The position numbers and the translations under genes are program-made. The notes below the pieces were generated by a model. The model was not told where the DNA came from, did not search any database, and saw nothing but the letters and a program-made list of their open reading frames with translations. From an uncultured Mycoplasmatota bacterium (lineage in GTDB: Bacteria > Bacillota_I > Bacilli_A > RF39 > UBA660): a stretch of DNA of 64,000 nt. Where the stretch lies: assembly GCA_948465965.1 (NCBI GenBank), contig CAOJYR010000004.1:2734-66733 (forward strand). The letters run 5' to 3'. Each line of letters opens with the position of its first letter. The stretch's first letter is position 1. This document shows, piece after piece, positions 62,631 to 64,000 of this stretch.

Positions 62631-62883
62631 GGGAGTTTTAGACTTCCTTTTTCTTTTATAATGTTATATAATTATCTTGAAGTAAAGATATGAATGATAG
62701 TGATTATTGAAATTTTTGTTAATTAAATTAAGTATGATATTATGAGAAAATTTATTAACAAACATGGAAATAAACATATTTCTTTCTGTACTTTTTTCTA
62801 TAGAAAAATTTAGATTTAAGAAAGATAAATTCAATAGCTGTGATTGAATTTAATAATGGCTCAAGAAAAGTTGGAGGTAATAT

Positions 62884-63684
62884 ATGAAGAAACGTATTTT
62901 AAGTGCAATTTTAATGATTGCAATATTTATTCCATTATTATTATTAGGAGGTAAGTATTTTGCAATTTTTATGACATTGTTGGCATTGGTTGCTTTACAT
63001 GAGTTAATTAAGGTAAGAGAGACGAAGAAAGAATTTCCTTTTATAATTAAGATATTTGCTTATTTAATGGTTATTTTCTTTTCAATGACTAATTTTAAGT
63101 CAATTGAGTTTTTATATAATGTTGATTATAGAGTAATGGCTTTCATTATATTTGCCTTTTTAGCTCCAATGGTATTTATCAATGACAATAAAAAATATAA
63201 TTTAAATGATTCTTTATTTTTAATAGGATCAGTACTGTTTATAGGAATGAGTTTTAATTTGTTAATTATTACCCGTAATTATGATATATCCTATATTATA
63301 TATTTATTATTAATTACTACTATAACAGATACCTTTGCATTATTTACTGGTAGTTTAATTGGAAAACATAAACTATGTCCTAATATTTCACCTAAAAAGA
63401 CTGTAGAGGGACTAGTTGGTGGAGTCTTCATGGGGGTTTTTGTTTCAACAGCTTTTTATGTTACAGTTATTAATTCTTATGGTTCATTAGTTATTTTAAT
63501 TTTAATTACTTCTGTTTTATCATTAGTTGGACAACTTGGAGATTTGGTATTTTCCTCAATTAAAAGATATTATGGTAAGAAGGATTTTTCTGATTTGATT
63601 CCAGGACATGGAGGAATACTTGATCGTTTTGATAGTTTAATATTTGTAGCATTAGCGTTTATTTTATTTTTAGGAATTATATAG
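62884..63684 (+). CDS. cdsA: Phosphatidate cytidylyltransferase
   Basis: C-terminal signature SPKKTVEG..GG...........GDL..S..KR..G.KD.S.LIPGHGGILDRFDS. Confidence 0.9.
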   Translation: MKKRILSAILMIAIFIPLLLLGGKYFAIFMTLLALVALHELIKVRETKKEFPFIIKIFAYLMVIFFSMTNFKSIEFLYNVDYRVMAFIIFAFLAPMVFINDNKKYNLNDSLFLIGSVLFIGMSFNLLIITRNYDISYIIYLLLITTITDTFALFTGSLIGKHKLCPNISPKKTVEGLVGGVFMGVFVSTAFYVTVINSYGSLVILILITSVLSLVGQLGDLVFSSIKRYYGKKDFSDLIPGHGGILDRFDSLIFVALAFILFLGII

Positions 63685-63695
63685 GAGGTGATTTT

Positions 63696-64000
63696 TTGTC
63701 AATTATTATTAATTTGTTGATATTTATTTTGGTTTTAGGTGTTATTGTTTTTGTACATGAGTTTGGTCATTTTATATGGGCTAAGATTTGTGGGGTTTAT
63801 GTATATGAATTTGCCATTGGAATGGGTCCTAAACTTTTTAGTAAAAAGGGCAAAGAGACTGAATATACTTTGAGGGCTATTCCTATTGGTGGCTTTTGTC
63901 AGATGGCTGGTGAAGATTTAGATGATGATGATTTAAAGAAGGTACCTAAGGATAAGAGATTACAGTCTAAAAGTTGTTTTCAAAGATTTTTAATCATGTT
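63696..64000 (+). CDS. rseP: Site-2 (RIP) zinc metalloprotease RseP/RasP, N-terminal part (runs off the window)
   Basis: The TTG start behind GGAGGTG is read as (M)SIIINLL.. The HEFGHF zinc motif and RAIPIGGFCQMAGED are present. Confidence 0.85.
   Translation, partial: MSIIINLLIFILVLGVIVFVHEFGHFIWAKICGVYVYEFAIGMGPKLFSKKGKETEYTLRAIPIGGFCQMAGEDLDDDDLKKVPKDKRLQSKSCFQRFLIM

Noticed and set aside
1-64000. Search for CRISPR arrays, rRNA or tRNA genes, IS elements, prophage genes, and DnaA-box clusters.
   Set aside because: Intergenic regions are mostly under 250 bp and are accounted for by promoters and terminators. I saw no regularly spaced repeats, no tRNA-like cloverleaf candidates, no transposase, integrase or capsid-like ORFs, and no TTATCCACA clusters. 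This was a by-eye scan only.

Overview
This is a very AT-rich chromosomal segment (roughly 30% G+C by eye, not computed) from a spore-forming Bacillota organism. Its gene order is strongly Bacillus-like: cca / dnaD-nth / ponA-recU / gpsB-rnpB / rodZ-pgsA-recA-rny / rnj / ftsY-ylxM-ffh / rpoZ / recX / prsA / sufCDSUB / pdp / spoVS / serS / miaB-ricA-cotE / rpsP-KH / cdsA-rseP. I saw no rRNA, tRNA, CRISPR array, transposase, integrase or phage genes. One structured RNA gene (RNase P RNA, type B) and one T-box leader are visible.

Several accessory loci of unclear function sit inside this housekeeping backbone:
- A four-gene locus at 44.0-47.5 kb, built around an ER/archaeal-type (SipW-like) signal peptidase fused to a ~250-aa polytopic membrane domain. 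It also encodes a small TasA-like secreted protein, a second secreted beta-rich protein and a two-TM membrane protein. An orphan paralog of the TasA-like protein lies at 58 kb, next to a coupled GT2/GT-C glycosylation pair.
- A HerA/FtsK-superfamily ATPase with a repeat-bearing disordered tail, plus a divergent unknown gene, wedged between ylxM and ffh (17.8-20.9 kb).
- Two tandem paralogous surface proteins with thioester-domain (TQXA-type) motifs and non-LPXTG sorting signals, followed by their own small sortase (36.5-40.3 kb).
- Smaller oddities: a short SufD, an SsbB-like SSB next to a DUF1016 nuclease, twin YjcZ-like micro-proteins, an ankyrin-repeat protein, and three large GT-C-like membrane proteins.

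All functional calls rest on motif recognition in the supplied translations and on reading the DNA by eye. No database search was run.
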